Notes under the pieces: generated by a model
Told to the model about the DNA's origin: nothing
Databases searched by the model: none
Seen by the model: only the letters and a program-made list of their open reading frames with translations
In this document: one piece after another, positions 24,387-37,850 of the stretch
How the letters are laid out: each line of letters starts with the position of its first letter
How positions within the stretch are numbered: position 1 is the stretch's first letter
Translations under genes and position numbers: made by a program
Assembly: GCF_052425735.1 (NCBI RefSeq)
Contig: NC_135767.1
Coordinates: 14,260,001-14,324,000 of the forward strand
DNA: 64,000 nt
Direction of reading: 5' to 3'
Source of the DNA: Oculina patagonica
Taxonomy: Eukaryota

Positions 24387-26811
24387 TGAAGCAGCCATGA
24401 AGCAGTACCCAAACAGGGTCTTGTATATAGTATAGTGCCCAAGCAGGGCCTTGTTTTTAATATCAAAACAAGGCTTCACATGTAGTTACTAAACATGGTC
24501 CTGTATATGGTGCACAGACAGGAAATAAAAATTGGTTCCAAGTAAAACCTATCAATAGAGTGTGTTCATGGCAGCCATATTGAAGGAGTCAAGTAATAGA
24601 ACGATTTTCCTTTAGGAAAAAAAATATTTTTATGCAAATAAATTTTGTTTGACTTCTCCAACATGGCTGACATGAAAACACCCTATAAGATTTGATAACA
24701 GATATGTTAGACACATGATGCATAAGAAAAAAAAATGTTTAAAAGTGTGCTTTTCCAGAAAATTTCTATTCCCCTCTTCCAATAAAAGGTTTTGATTTGA
24801 AAACCACCCACCCCTCTGGAAATCCCAGTTTTGGAGATCCCCTATACCCTAGGAATTTTTTCAATGACCTCACATTGGGTGGGTATGGATATTTTTCTGG
24901 AACCACTCATTAATAGCAGTGAGGTGTTATTTTTGCATTACATAAGCAGTTCTTAGATAGGGTTGATAGGTTAAATTATATTAAAGAACCTTAGCATTGC
25001 CTTGTAATTTGTCAGTGGCGAAGCATGGGGGAGGGGCCATGCCTCCCCCCCGCCCCCCCCCCAAAAAAAAAAAATGACTAACACATAATAAAAATATTCA
25101 ATGATTTAAGTCAGTTAAAAATTGCAGGAAAATGCTCTCAGAAGGCTGGAAATGCTATTTAAGAGTGCCCCCCCCCCCCCCCCACCCGAACTCCCCTAGA
25201 AGCTCGCACCTCTGGCACTTGTGATGTGCCCCCAAAAGTTATTTAATCCTGCTACGGCACTGTGTATATAAATATTTTACACCAATAGGGCTTTGTTCCA
25301 AATAGCATTGTTATGTTTTTTTTTTCACTGAAATATATCTAAAACTAGTAACTCAGGTTGCTCACAAGCTAATTGATTTGATTGTACCATTTTTGATTAC
25401 CTTGTCAATCAGTACTTTATATTTAAAGCACTCCCACCAAATTATAGGATCTTTTTCAAATTTGTGCTTAATCTAATGACCAAAATCCATTTGACAGGGA
25501 TTAAACAATGTATCCAGTAAACAATGTCAACAATCAATGAAGCAAAGTAAAACTATATAAGTTAATTTTTCTCAGGGTGGGACATTGAGCTCAAAAGCTG
25601 GTACCCAGAGAGACAAAAAATATGGTACATTGAAATGGGATAAGCTAAAAAGGTTTTTTGAAAAACGTAGTTCTTAGGTAATATATTCCCAAAAATAACT
25701 TGTACTATGCTAGAAGTTGAAATACACGACAAAAACAGTATAGTTAACAGTCTCGTTTTGTCTAGAAGTTTTTGCTCGTGACGCGAGACTTGTATGTCTA
25801 ACACTTGTAGGATTTAATGTCAGATATACGTATGTGTTGTATATCAAGGAAAACGTTTCAAATCATATACATAGAGTGGAGTATATTTTTTTTGTTTGAA
25901 TGAGCAATTCTAAGATGGCTTTCATTCAATTGTGTCCCTCTGAGCTCGCGCGGATACTCGCCATTCTTTGGTCTCGTGTGTGCCCCTTGCACGACATTTC
26001 GATAAAATAGCGAGAATAAATGTCGTTAGGAAAATCGAGTGTAATTTTAATCTTTGAAATAAAAGGAAAGCTAACCTCTTTCATACATTATTCTATCTTG
26101 TTTTCATTCACACAGCTCGCGAGTTTAACAATTGTCGCATACCTCAAAGAAGGATTTTTCACTGCAAAATCTCTGAACCCCCTGCCCCAAATAAACAAAC
26201 AATAAAACAAACGAAACTTCAGGCAATTGAATCACTTAGCCAATTGTCTACCTGGAATTGATTTAAGGTATGAAGGTACTTTCGGTCCAAGGGACTGACG
26301 CTCGAAACGTCAGCATGCGAAATTCTACACAGCGTTTATAACAACTTCACTGAAAAAGACTTGGGCGGTCATTGCTTATCAACGACACTGCCTAAAAAAA
26401 GAGTCTTTATATAAATGATGTTAGCATGAATGGATACCCTGAGAGTTGTAAACGATTTCAAATGATAACTCTTGTTCTGTGTTACATGTAAAAGCAGCGC
26501 CTGTGGAAAACTTATTCGCGCGCAACCGAAAACAAGTGACGGAAAGGTTGGGTGCAGAAATCTAATGGGAACGCAATAGGTCTGTTGACACTCGATTTCT
26601 TCACCTCGGATAAAACTTTAATTCTTTGTTGCGCAAATTCCTGTTAAGTTACAAAACAATCGCCTGCTTCCGAGAAAACAATTCATTTCTACAGAGTTAA
26701 TAGTTTATGAAGCGTCGGCGGACAAGTAAAACACAGTTGATTACTATTGTTAGCACCTTAGCGGCTTCTAATTTTAGCGAATTGGGCCAAAATCGCTAAA
26801 ACATTCTTTAA

Positions 26812-27260
26812 GGTCATTGCCCTGAGATAGAACTGAACACAATTTTTTAACCAAACTTCGCCTACTGGTTTATTACTTTAAGGGAACTTAAATTTTGAAA
26901 TAAAAAAGGGGGGTCACCAGATTCGTTTAGGAGCAGGAAGACCTTGTATATTCCATATAATTACTTAAAATTCCTCTGCGAGTACTAGAAAAGTACACGT
27001 TTTTAGCGATAATTTATTTTTCAAACACAAGAATTGATCTGTTTTCATTTTACAGAAAGAATTTGATCACTACACCCAAAATATGAGAAAAAAATGATAG
27101 GTCACCAGACTCGTTTACGAGAAAGCGACAATTTACTTCTCTCGCGGACTAAGCCACATAGAAAAGCCGCCATTTTGATTATGTGCGCGCGCTCGCGCGC
27201 GCTTAGTACGCGTAAAATTCTGCGCAGTAAGGATGCGCAATGCAATACAGGGCAATGACC
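26812..27260. mobile_element. TTAA-targeting MITE (Kolobok-like ends)
   Basis: TTAA|GGTCATTGCCCTG ... CAGGGCAATGACC|TTAA; not seen in block B. Confidence 0.75.
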
Positions 27261-28254
27261 TTAAAAAAAGGATGCTGGTAACTTTGTTCTTTCTGGCAAT
27301 GCATTAAAATCTGTTTTACACGATATCACTATTTTTCTTTTTAAATTATCGGAAAATAACTAATTAAATAGTCGCTAAATCTTGCTCAGAAAAAATCGCT
27401 AAAATTGTTTGCAGCCTGTAAAGCAAGGCCTGGTTCAAACTAGCGATGTAACGACAAGGTCACACGAATGCAAAAAAAAAAAAAAACACCTAAGTTTGAT
27501 GTTTTATGTAACCAGTGTGAACAACATAACATAACGACATAGTTGGAACATAATGACATAAGCATAACGACATAAGGAAAGAACTGAACTTTACGTTATG
27601 TCGCTAATGTAAGTAAACCGCCTTAGCGAGTTTGAAAACTTTGCCCGACGAAGCCTAACGCTCGGAACGTTAGCTTTTCCAAATTTGCTACGGCGGCTTA
27701 TTTACTTTTATCTGCCTTTATCAAAGGCAAAGTGATAATCAACTAAGCAATTCATATATCCAGACGAATTTATTTCGTTGAGCGTGACCTTTCCTAAGCT
27801 AACATGATAACATCGCACCTCTAAACTTTTAACAAAAGATCATTAGAGGCACTGCGTGTATAATAATTGTCAATTAAGCTTATTGAACTATTATTGTTCG
27901 CGCGTGTCCTTGCGAAGTGAGAAAATGTCACGAGGAAAATTATTCAAACTTTCCAAGAAAAAGGTTTTAAAACATGTCTTTCATACCATTCTGGCGGCCA
28001 CCTATGTAGCTTTCATGTTTCAAGTTGTTTCAAGTTGATTTTTGCCATGTATAGGTAATTACAATATATCTAGTTACGAAATCTGTCGTTAGAAAACAAA
28101 TTTCAATTATAAATTATTTTGATAGAAACTGTGACCCATTTTATGTAAAGACTCTGAACCGAGCTTCCGATCAAGGTTCATTACAAAAAAGATCGAAAAA
28201 AAAAGGGAAAAAGTTCACTTGATGAATCTTTTGTTTTCACACAACACAAAAGAA

Positions 28255-28525
28255 ACAGTTGTTTACAAACTTAATTCAAGCGTGCTTCATTAAAGACAAT
28301 GAGTTTTCATGTTGATCTAATTTATGTTAGTTTACGTTTTGGAAGTGTGACTTCTCGCTAATGTGTTGATTGACAGTTCTATTGTTCCTTTAACGCCCGC
28401 CTACTTGTGAAAAACCATTTAAAAGCAAAGGCGCGCGCGTTCAAAAATAAATCTCGCTTGACTTGTAAACAGAAACAACGTCTGCTTTAGTAACTCAACT
28501 GAAGAAGCGAAGATTGATTTGAAAC
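28255..28525 (+). promoter_or_regulatory. Conserved proximal promoter of the DUX-like gene (paralogous to ~51088-51360)
   Basis: Much better conserved between blocks than the introns; Fox-like TGTTTAC, TGATTGACAG (28367-28376), Sox-like ATTGTT, TATA-like ATTTAAAA. Confidence 0.6.
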
Positions 28526-30362
28526 ATGGTTTTAGGAGAAAACAAAAGGAAACTGAACGTTCAGGAAAGCGGTAAGTGAATTAGCTAAACTGTGTTTAGT
28601 TTTTAATTGACATAAAGTCGATGAGGCAAATTAATTAAAGTTTACTTTTTTATGCGTCAGCCCTTTGTCGAAACAAAAATAAAAAGTATATTCGTTAACC
28701 GACTTGGCGAATTTGAAAAAGTCGATGTTTCGAGCGTAAGCGTGGTAATTTGCTGTGCGGGTTTGTTTCACACATACTAAGTTCGTTCAGATTCTTTCGT
28801 TTAAACTGTTTAAAACAGTAACGCTGTTGAGAAGTTTCGCATAAAATCTTTTACATGACAATTATTTAAAGTAGCTACGTCCCGTGGATTTTGCGGGTTA
28901 GCGTTAGTTTGTCTGCGGTAGTTTGTCTTGTTAATTAAGAACTATGTTTTACCATCAAAATGCGGTATATTTATGTGAAATTTTTCTTTTCCAGGTGATA
29001 GAATGCGTCAGAGACGCCGGCGAACAGCTTTCACTGAAGAACAACTTGATCGCTTGGAAGAATCTTTCATGGAAGAAAAGTTTCCTGGAATCATCATCAG
29101 AGAACAACTTGCCGAGGAGTTAAACATCAAAGAGGATAGAATACAGGTAAGACAGCCTTTTTTTCATAAATCATTATTTGCTGACGAGAGGACCAGGAAA
29201 TCAAAATGGCGCGAAAATTGTTGAGTTAACCGGCCGTATTGAAAAAGCTGCTATAGATAAATCATAATGCCCAGTTGTGCGCGGATAAGCCATAAAGTCC
29301 TAAAGTTTGATAAAGTTGGTAGAACGCTAAAGTGAAGTAAACACTTTAATTTTTACTTAAAAAAAAAGAAATTTAAACTTGTCAAGTTTAAAGTTGATAT
29401 TTACGTACTATATTTAAGAGTTAGGAACTTAATGGCAAGGCGGACGGCAGTACATGTAAAACTACTTCACGTGGTTTTGTTCATTTTAAAATTCTTACCG
29501 ACCAATTCAGAACTTCAGTGTGACGGCTCGTTGAAGATGTCTGAACTTGCTAAAAGTAGATTTTAGGTTGAAGCACGTTTGGGTTTTCGCTGAACAAGTG
29601 TGGTTGTTTTCTAATTCTTCTTTCGAAGTGAGCCCGAAGGAGCCGCAATGGTCTAATAATTATAATCTTATGATAATAAGTTGTATGGCAGAAGAAAGCA
29701 CAACAGAATCGAAAAGGATGAAAATTGATCGAGTCTAAATCTGCGCGCAAGTGGCGAAGCGTCTGCAAAAAAGCGCACGTCCTACAGAATACCTTAAGTT
29801 TCCTAATATTACAATTTTTGTTTAAAACAAACTTTTGCTTTCTTAACGATAACCATTGTCGCCTAGCAACAATACGATCTCTTTATCTTTGATTTCATTC
29901 ACAAGTTAATTCACATGTTTATTTATTAATTCAAAGGTTTGGTTTCAAAACCGCCGCTCAAGATGGCGCAGACATGGGATTAAGAACAAACGTCACGGAA
30001 CTGAAGAAGCTGCATCTTCCATTGCACATGCTCCTGTTTTCCCGCCATTTTGCCGCCGTCCACAGAGTGCCGTGCCAACCTGGACTTTTCCCGCTTCTTT
30101 CATCAGGCCAAGCACTGCCACCGCTTTGGCGCTGAAATGCAAAGCAAAGGACCGTGCAAGCCCTGTGATTGGCTCATCAAGCGGACCACAAGCTGATGTC
30201 ATGGCAACGGGATTCTTAAGTTCACCATCGATGATTCCTACTCAATTGCCTTACAAGCCCATGTTTACAAACTTCCCTTCTTCAATCAGAGAAAGCCGTC
30301 ATTCGTTAGATGAATATGTTGCAGCTGTAACTTTAGCGAGTGGATTTTTAAGAGAACATTAG
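28526..30362 (+). CDS. DUX-like single-homeodomain PRD-class (Q50) transcription factor, copy A, 207 aa
   Basis: Exons 28526-28571, 28995-29146, 29937-30362. HD QRRRRTAFTEEQLDRLEESFMEEKFPGIIIREQLAEELNIKEDRIQ|VWFQNRRSRWRR has the PRD-typical intron at 46/47; FPGI..RE.LA...E.RIQ resembles DUX/mxtx homeodomains. Confidence 0.88.
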
Positions 30363-30821
30363 ACAAGTTAAGGTTAAGGTTTCTCGGCTTTAGTTCAGAC
30401 AGATCTTTCTTTCTGATTTTTTACCCTAAGGTTCGCTAACTACATGTTAATAAAGTTTTAATTTTATAGCTTATGTCCATGAATGTAATAAATAGTTGAT
30501 TTACAGACTTATTTTTTGTTGCTGTGATGATATTGATTGACTCAATAATTTATAAGTTCTCGATATACTTGACTTTAGAAGGCATAAGCTTGAACTCATT
30601 ATACGCTCTTATCAGCACCCACCTCCTTGGCCGATATAGTAAAGCCCCACCGCCCCCCCCCCCCCCTCCACCTTCCTCCCTAACACTTTCTAAAGCTGTA
30701 CCGGAATTATATAGAAGTTCAGTTTCTTTTCCGTTAAGTCGCTTCCATTTGTAAATGCAGTAAGCTTCATAGCTCCACGCTCCCTTACAATGAGGCTATT
30801 TTCTAGTTTTCGAGGACCAGT

Positions 30822-30975
30822 TAGGGCTTTCCACAAGTTGCTCGGCAACTTTTTGGCAACTTTTCATGTTCCGAGCAACTTTTTCCTCTTCGAGCAACTT
30901 TTTTCCTCTCGAGCAACTTTCTTTATTTTGAGAAATTTCCAGACCGAAGATTAACGAAGATTATCCGAAGTTGTC
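30822..30975 (+). mobile_element. Left end fragment of the same hAT family as 12985
   Basis: TAGGGCTTTCCACAAGTTGCTCGGCAACTTTTTGGCAAC is identical to 12985 onward. Confidence 0.8.
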
Positions 30976-31157
30976 AAGCATAGAGGTGACGAGAATACAG
31001 AAATCGACAACGAAGCGATATTGTCTTTTTATTCTGGAGACTGATTTAATACTGTTTATAATTCTGGAGACTTAACATTTCGGGCTCAGGACAGAGAGGG
31101 TTAGAAAAAATAGCTCTCCGTCAGATTAACTTAGCCGATCCGTTTCGTCTTTTTTTA

Positions 31158-32052
31158 CCATATTGTTACTTATTTTCGTGGGAACTTAATTTCGCGAAAA
31201 TGGAACGGGCATATTTCGCGGGACTTAATTTTCGCAAATTGGCCAAAAATGCGTAATTAAGATAAAAACGACAATAAAAAACGTTTAAAATAAACAATAA
31301 AAAACGTTTAACCCCTTTAAACTATAGGCTGGTTCTCATATGATCGCCCCGATCGTTTAACCCCTTTAAACTATAGGCTGGTTCTCATATGATCGCCCCG
31401 ATCGTCTCTGTCGCTTCTGTCGTTTGCAAAGTCTGAGGTGATTGGAGCAAGCAAACTTTTTGAAGCGACAGAAGCGACAGAGACGATCGGGACGATCATA
31501 TGAGAACCAGGCTTGTGTATCCGGAGCAGGAAACCAATATTTTCAATTGTGTTTAAAATAAATGTTCGCGGGTCTTATTTCGCCATTTTTTTGAAAACCG
31601 CGAAAATCGCGAAAACTTAAGCTGCGTTCACATTTAGCCCGAAACATGTTAGAAAACATGCTTGTTATTGCATTGTTCACATTAGGTGTCAGTATCAAAC
31701 ACGTTTCATGCCTGGTGTGTAATTTATGCGGTTTCACGGTTCTTGCATAAATCTTTACACTTTAACCGTAAAAATATAGCTCGAAATTACAATAAAGTTT
31801 CCATTAAATCTTTGTCTTTCTGTCTATTTTCAAGCCCTTCGAACAGACTGACAGTATTGTCAGAATTTGTGCTATCAGTCAATAACAGAAAATTTTTAGT
31901 TTGTGAAGTTTGTTTTTGCATTGCAATGCTGCAATGCTGCTTACTTTTAGCATTGCAGCGTGGCAATATTCTGCCAAATATTCTGCTTTCTATCCATCAC
32001 CGATAATAGGCCATTTTACAGTTGTCTGCTCAGTTACCTGGCCTTTGAATGG

Positions 32053-32083
<31 letters not shown>

Positions 32084-32566
32084 CAGACCTCACTACTTTT
32101 GTTATGTAAATCATGTTGTTCTGATGCTAACTAGTTTGGATTTACATAATAAAGCAGAGAGGTTTGTATCAATGCAGGGTCACCTCCAGCCTCACTACCA
32201 TTCAAAGGCCAGGTCACTTAGCAGTCAACTGTAAAATGGACTATTCATATTGTATCGCTTTATAAGCCAATATTTTAAATAAACATTTGGTCACATAGAA
32301 GGCCTAAATTTGAAGCTTTTCAGGCACTCGCCTCCTTACTGCATGTCCGCCATTTTTAATTTGTTTAGTCTGATCATGATTGAAACTACCTCGTGAGGTA
32401 GTTTCAATCATGATCAGACTAATCATGTTTCAATCATGATTCGCGCAATGCACTGCCTGATGTGAACACTTTTCACAAAAAAACATGTTTCATTCGTGAT
32501 TAGACTAACCATGTTCCGGCCTAGTGTGACGCAGCTTTAGTCTCGCGAAAATAAGTAACAATAAGG
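31158..32566. mobile_element. TA-flanked TIR element containing nested MITEs (~31372-31513; 32005-32245) and a perfect palindrome (32365-32422)
   Basis: CCATATTGTTACTTATTTTCG / CGAAAATAAGTAACAATAAGG ends; inner ~65-bp TIR AATAGGCCATTTTACAGTTG... Confidence 0.65.
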
Positions 32567-35500
32567 TATATGTGTTGGAAATCAGACCAAGCTACACGCA
32601 TTCCGCGTCTAATGTTAATAATATTTAAATTTAAAATAATAAACTTATATTCAGTAAACAACTGATATACTTTGACCGCGCATGCAATATCGGGTTATAT
32701 TTGCCGACAAAACTCAATTCAATTTTGTGGCTGATATCAGTTCATCAAGCGGATAATCAAGGATAACGCAAATCAAAGTTTCTTTCATTACACAGATCCC
32801 GCAACCTATATCAGTATTTTGGTCGAAATACGACATCAGGATTTTTCACGTTTCCCTGCGTTTTTTTTTTAATGGTACTGAAAAATAGCGGAAGGCTTCA
32901 TGTTTCGCAGTTTGGACGAAACCCCATAAAACCGGTAGTTAAAGCCGATTGCAGAAGATCAAACAAGTCTTTATCATGATCGAATGAATGAGAAGGATTA
33001 AGAACCGGAAAAGCTTAAGTTTGTTTTTTAAACAAACTAATAACAAACTTAAAAACTATCTTTTCGGCGAGTAATGCGATTAAATGCAAAGTCTACCCTT
33101 GAAATACCGACATGTCATTGTCAAAGATATAAAGTTTATATTAACATTTGGAGGGCCACAGGTTTGTTAGCTTTGTTATTTAGTGTTACCCTCATTTTAA
33201 ATAAAGTCTTTATTATTATTATTATTATTATATTATTAGACTCTTCGGACAAAGGATTCTGTCTGAAAAAAAAAAAAGAGCTGAGGGTAAATGCATTGCA
33301 GCACAACATTTGACATTTCCGTTGCTATGGCAACAGGTTTATTCGCTTAAATCCCAACAAAGTTAATTAAAGTGATATACTTTCACTTCACGGGAAGAAC
33401 TTTTAATAGGCCAATTGAAAACTAACAAAAAGTACTTCATCTTTCAGAAATCATATACAAGTAAGCTACTGGTTTCGCCGACAAAAGCGATTTATGGTAG
33501 CTAATCACTGATTATTATAAACGCAAATGTTTTGAAAAAGGATTACGACCGGAACTGCTTATAAATCGAAGTTTCAATTGGTTTAGCGTACGTGCTAAGT
33601 CGCTAACTTGATAATCCAAAGAATGAACTTTAGAAAATCTTTGATAAACATATGTGTTTGTTATCTAAAACACCGAGATTTGACCACTGAAAAATTGCAT
33701 TTTTTCTTGCTGTAGAAGGTAGCCAAAACAATTTTTTTGGATTTAGATATAGATAGTACACTGTCGCTTGTGTAAAATTGTTCAGTTGCATAAATACACT
33801 TAGCTCGTAGTAGCAAAGCGCGCGAAACGAGTGCAACACGCGAAACGCGGGTACAATCTCTCCAGCCACGCGTGCAACGCGTGCTCTTTTCTATCACGGA
33901 AATTCTATTCATTGTTAACACAGCAAGAAGCGGGGTGGTTTGGGTACAGATGGATCTTATCGTCAACTTTATATCCGGATGACTTCCCCCAGTTTAACAC
34001 AGCGAGCGAGAGGTGCCCGTTTGGGTTTTGACGGCTAATCGATGTAGAATTAGTACTTAACTTTTTTCCCCTCTAGAACTGTTGTACTTTGAAAGTGTCA
34101 GCAGGGAGGCGAGTCATAAGAATACGTCAGTTAAAAAATACTTGTACTGTATACTGTAAGAAGTTTTTCAGCGCCTAACTTCTCTGCCGAACGCCGCGGT
34201 TCAGACGCAGCAAAAGACTCTCTTCTGCATGGATTCTTGACCGGCCGCCATTTTGGATCAGAAGGACGAACCTTCTGGACTCCAGAACTTGACCAAGTCG
34301 TTTATTTTTTTTCTTTCTTCGCGCTGTAAAGTCAAGATACAAAGAGTTTCTTAAAACATGTAAAGAGTTTTAGTTTTGAACTTTAATAAAATTGCTTTCC
34401 TCATTTATTGCAAGCGGCGAAAATTGAAATCTTTCGTTTTATGAAAAACACCGCTCGTATTCTGAAGTTAAAAAAGGCGGCCAAAATTTCTTTTGAATGG
34501 CAGCAAATTGGCTAAGCAGTATCATTAATTCACTTCTTTTTGTTGCAGCATTTAAAAAAAATCTGAGTTTAACAACTTGGAGCAGCTTATTAATAAAAAA
34601 GTCAAAGCAAACCACAAATGACATTACAGATGGCAATCACAATCGTGCGTTCTTGGCGAAAGTTATAAAATTTTGATCTTGGTACATTTCCTAGCTATCA
34701 TGCTTTGAAAGAACATCAACTTGAAATGAAAAAGAAATAAGAACAACGATTGCGCGCGCGGGTCTTCTAAGAACGCAAAGTCCAAAATTTAACTTTTCAG
34801 GGTATGGCCGCATTTTACTTTCGTATGCCATAAACAGAGCGGTATGCTCAATGAACAGTTGCGCAAACTCAAATAGAAATGATCTGAAAAGAGCATGCCG
34901 GTAATAAAAATTCACGGCGCGGGACAACAGTAACCTTTGCCTTTACGGGCCCGGCGCTACGTTTGAGATCCCAAACGATCGCGCTTCGGGCTCTCTCTCG
35001 CTCGCGCTTCGTGCTCGAACTTCACCTCTCCCTCCCCTTCGGACGCCGGCCACGCAGGCTAGTTAAGTTTATTCGGTGTAGTTTTGAGGACAACATTTCA
35101 GCTTGATTTTAGCGGCTGTACCTTATCCTTTAAATTTTTCGAAAATGAAACCCATAACTTTCTCTTTACTTCATATCTACATCGCTCGCAGACTGAGAAT
35201 TAATGCATACTGTTCTCTGGGTTCTTAGCACAAATATTTCTGTTCTTATTGAGCAATGTTGTATGAAGTTTCCTTCAAGCAGTTTTTTTTTACATTTACA
35301 ACAAAGCTGGGATATGTTCTGTAACTTTCAATAACGATCAAACTTAATTTATTCGTACAATACCTGATACCTTACCAAAAAGACCATAGTTACTAACTAT
35401 GAAAAGACGAGTGATGAGAATTAAAAGAATCGTCACCCATGCGAAATAAATTCTCAAAAGTGACATAAGATAGATAGGAGCTATTCAGAAAAAAAAAAAA

Positions 35501-35799
35501 ACGGTTTAAACAAGAAAATCCAATAATTGATCGGCTAGGGCATTGTGAAACGAGCGGTTACCGCTTAATTCTGTAGCCGCTATTGAGCGGTGAAAAAGTT
35601 TGTTTTAAATTGTTGAATTTCTTTAGTTATCGGCCGACAGTTAGTTTCGTTAGTTATCGGCCGAAAAACCAGTTTTGTCGGACCGCTTTGTTGTTCGTTG
35701 ATTGACGGCTGTCAGTGTATAAATAAGGTTTGGGGTTGTATGGGCTCTTCATTCAGTTTGTGCAGCAGTTACTGTAACAAGTTTATCAGCTCAGTTGTA

Positions 35800-37850
35800 A
35801 TGGAGAGTCATTACTTTAACTCAGTTGTTTCTCTCGTGGATTCTGCGGTTTTACCCAGTCTTCCTGTCCGTGCTCCGTCCTTGGCACCAGTCTTCTGTCC
35901 ATCGCTGACTGACTTCTCCATCAGCAGGATCCTGGGTCTAGAGAATGACGTAACACATCAAGAGCCAACATGTTCTGGTGAGTCAGACTTAAGCAATTCT
36001 GTAAACAAAGATGTTACTAATGCGGTCACTATGTAATACTAGGATGATTCAGAACCAAAAGAGCCGAGGTCACTGACAATTACAAATTAAGTTTCTAGTG
36101 GTATTATCAAGCTGTTTTCTTCAAAATCACCCTCTCAATCAGTTGAAGAAAAGGAATGAAAGGATTTTATTTTAGTAGCGAGAATTCAGGGCCGTAACTA
36201 GCAAGAGGCAACACGAGGCACTTGCCTCGTCTAGAACCAAAAATTAAAACAAGTAAATGTTTAGCTAGGAAAATAAACCACAGTTGAACAAGACTGACTT
36301 TTAAGAAGAGATACCTTGTAAAATTTCTGAAAATAGCGTTAAGGCATCTTGTGGAAAGATGTGTGTGGAAAAAGATACAATTTACGTGTCTCATCGAGTA
36401 AAAGTCTGAGAAAACGATCGAGAAATGCTTTGAGAACACAAGCCGATGGAGCAGCTTTTTCGAATTTTTTCCTTTTATTTCCTTTCATTTCCTTTCTATG
36501 TCCTATTACAAACGAAAGACTACTCAAATTCACCTCCGTGCACATGTTAAGATTACCGGCTGTTAGTTAAAATCTTACTTCAAAAACTGGAGCTATTTAA
36601 AAATGTTAGTGTTTCATTTTTCATCAACAGCACTGGTGGAATGTCGTCACTCTATTCCGACTGCAAGTCCTCAACACAGCTACAGTGATACCAGCCCACG
36701 ATCATCTCCTTATTCCGACAACACAAGTTCCACCAGCGACTGCGACAGCGATCCCGATCAAGTATCGACACATTCCGAGCAGCCACCGAGGAAGAAGCGA
36801 CAGCGAACGACCTTCTCGCCGATTGAGGTGTGGGAGCTGGAGCGAGCGTACAAGCGGCGGCCATATTTGATGAGTGAAGATGAGGAGGAACTGGTTCAGA
36901 GACTTGGTATCCCGGCTAGAAGTTTGAAGGTGAGTTAGATTTAATTATGTTGTGAAAGTCTTGTGCTACTAAAATTCTGACCCCTGAAAAAGTCAATCAA
37001 ATTATTTATGTGCTGCATTTTGACACCCAAATGAACGGTTTAAAACTAAAAACAATGAATTTTTTCCCCATATTTTGAAGACTTTAAATTGTGTGTTAAA
37101 TCTAGACAATAATCCATTAATTGATTTTTTTTTATTTTGTCATCTATCTGTGTGACAATTTATGGATTTTGTTACAAACATACGCAGAGAAAAGTTAACT
37201 TTAGTTATCAAATCAAGTTTCGCACAATATGAAATAAAATTTCCTGTACATGACCAATTTAACATGTTTTGTAATGTTATCGTACTTCGATTAATTTGCA
37301 GTAAAAACACATAGAAAAGGTTTATCGTCGTATAGAATTTTTTATTCATTTCAATAAAAGTAATTTTACTCGAAAATTATTGTAAAACTTTCAAGGCCAT
37401 GTTGATCAGGTTGATTTTTTGTTGAATGCAATTAACAATTTATTTGTGTTTTCGTTCCAGTATTGGTTCCAGAACCGACGAGCCAAATCAAGAAAAGAAG
37501 GAAGAAAGTTCACATCCGTCCGTCAGACCAGCCCGTCAAACCAGTTTGAGCGTCCTGCCACTAGAGTCATGCCTTGTGAGAGAACTCAGTTTCTGATCCA
37601 GTCCCCTTCAGATCACTGGAAGCAAGCTGAACGTATGTCCTACCCAGTGCTGGAAAACCAGTTAGAAGATAAGTCGCGCAGTCGACCAATCACAGCAGAC
37701 TACCATTACTCGTCATTCAAGTCCAACCAGTTTAGAAGCCGTTCATCGTTCCTGGTTCCCATGTTCCACCCGGACCAGTTCAAGAGAAGACCAGTTGAGC
37801 CCGCAAGACTATCGTACAGCCGTGACTTACGTAGATTCAAGCCGTACTGA
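35800..37850 (+). CDS. Divergent homeobox transcription factor with eh1 (Groucho-binding) motif, 288 aa
   Basis: Exons 35800-35977, 36631-36929, 37461-37850 (GT-AG, 867 nt). eh1 TDFSISRILG; HD KKRQRTTFSPIEVWELERAYKRRPYLMSEDEEELVQRLGIPARSLK|YWFQNRRAKSRK; TATAAATA at 35718; C-terminus RRFKPY. Confidence 0.88.

Larger units (their letters stand above)
17600..30821 (+). repeat. Segmental duplication, block A (paralogous to ~40180-56006)
   Basis: Collinear similarity of the 5' UTR exon (…GAATCTTGCAG|GTTTG vs …GAATCTTACAG|GTTTG), both genes, 3' UTRs, intergenic DNA and the downstream flank ending CCAGT. Confidence 0.9.

Noticed and set aside
21805-24479. Antisense and alternate-frame ORFs over the four-repeat gene (likewise 43706-45718)
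   Set aside because: Shadows of the real CDS and the GC-rich Pro-repeat tail.
32394-32402. TGAGGTAGT (let-7 5' end) in a hairpin
   Set aside because: The match is only 9 nt, begins in the loop, lies in a TE, and let-7 is not known from cnidarians.
35698-35799. Longer N-terminus of the eh1 homeobox ORF
   Set aside because: Non-ATG start overlapping the TATA/promoter. ATG 35800 is preferred, though the in-frame ATG at ~35740 cannot be fully excluded.
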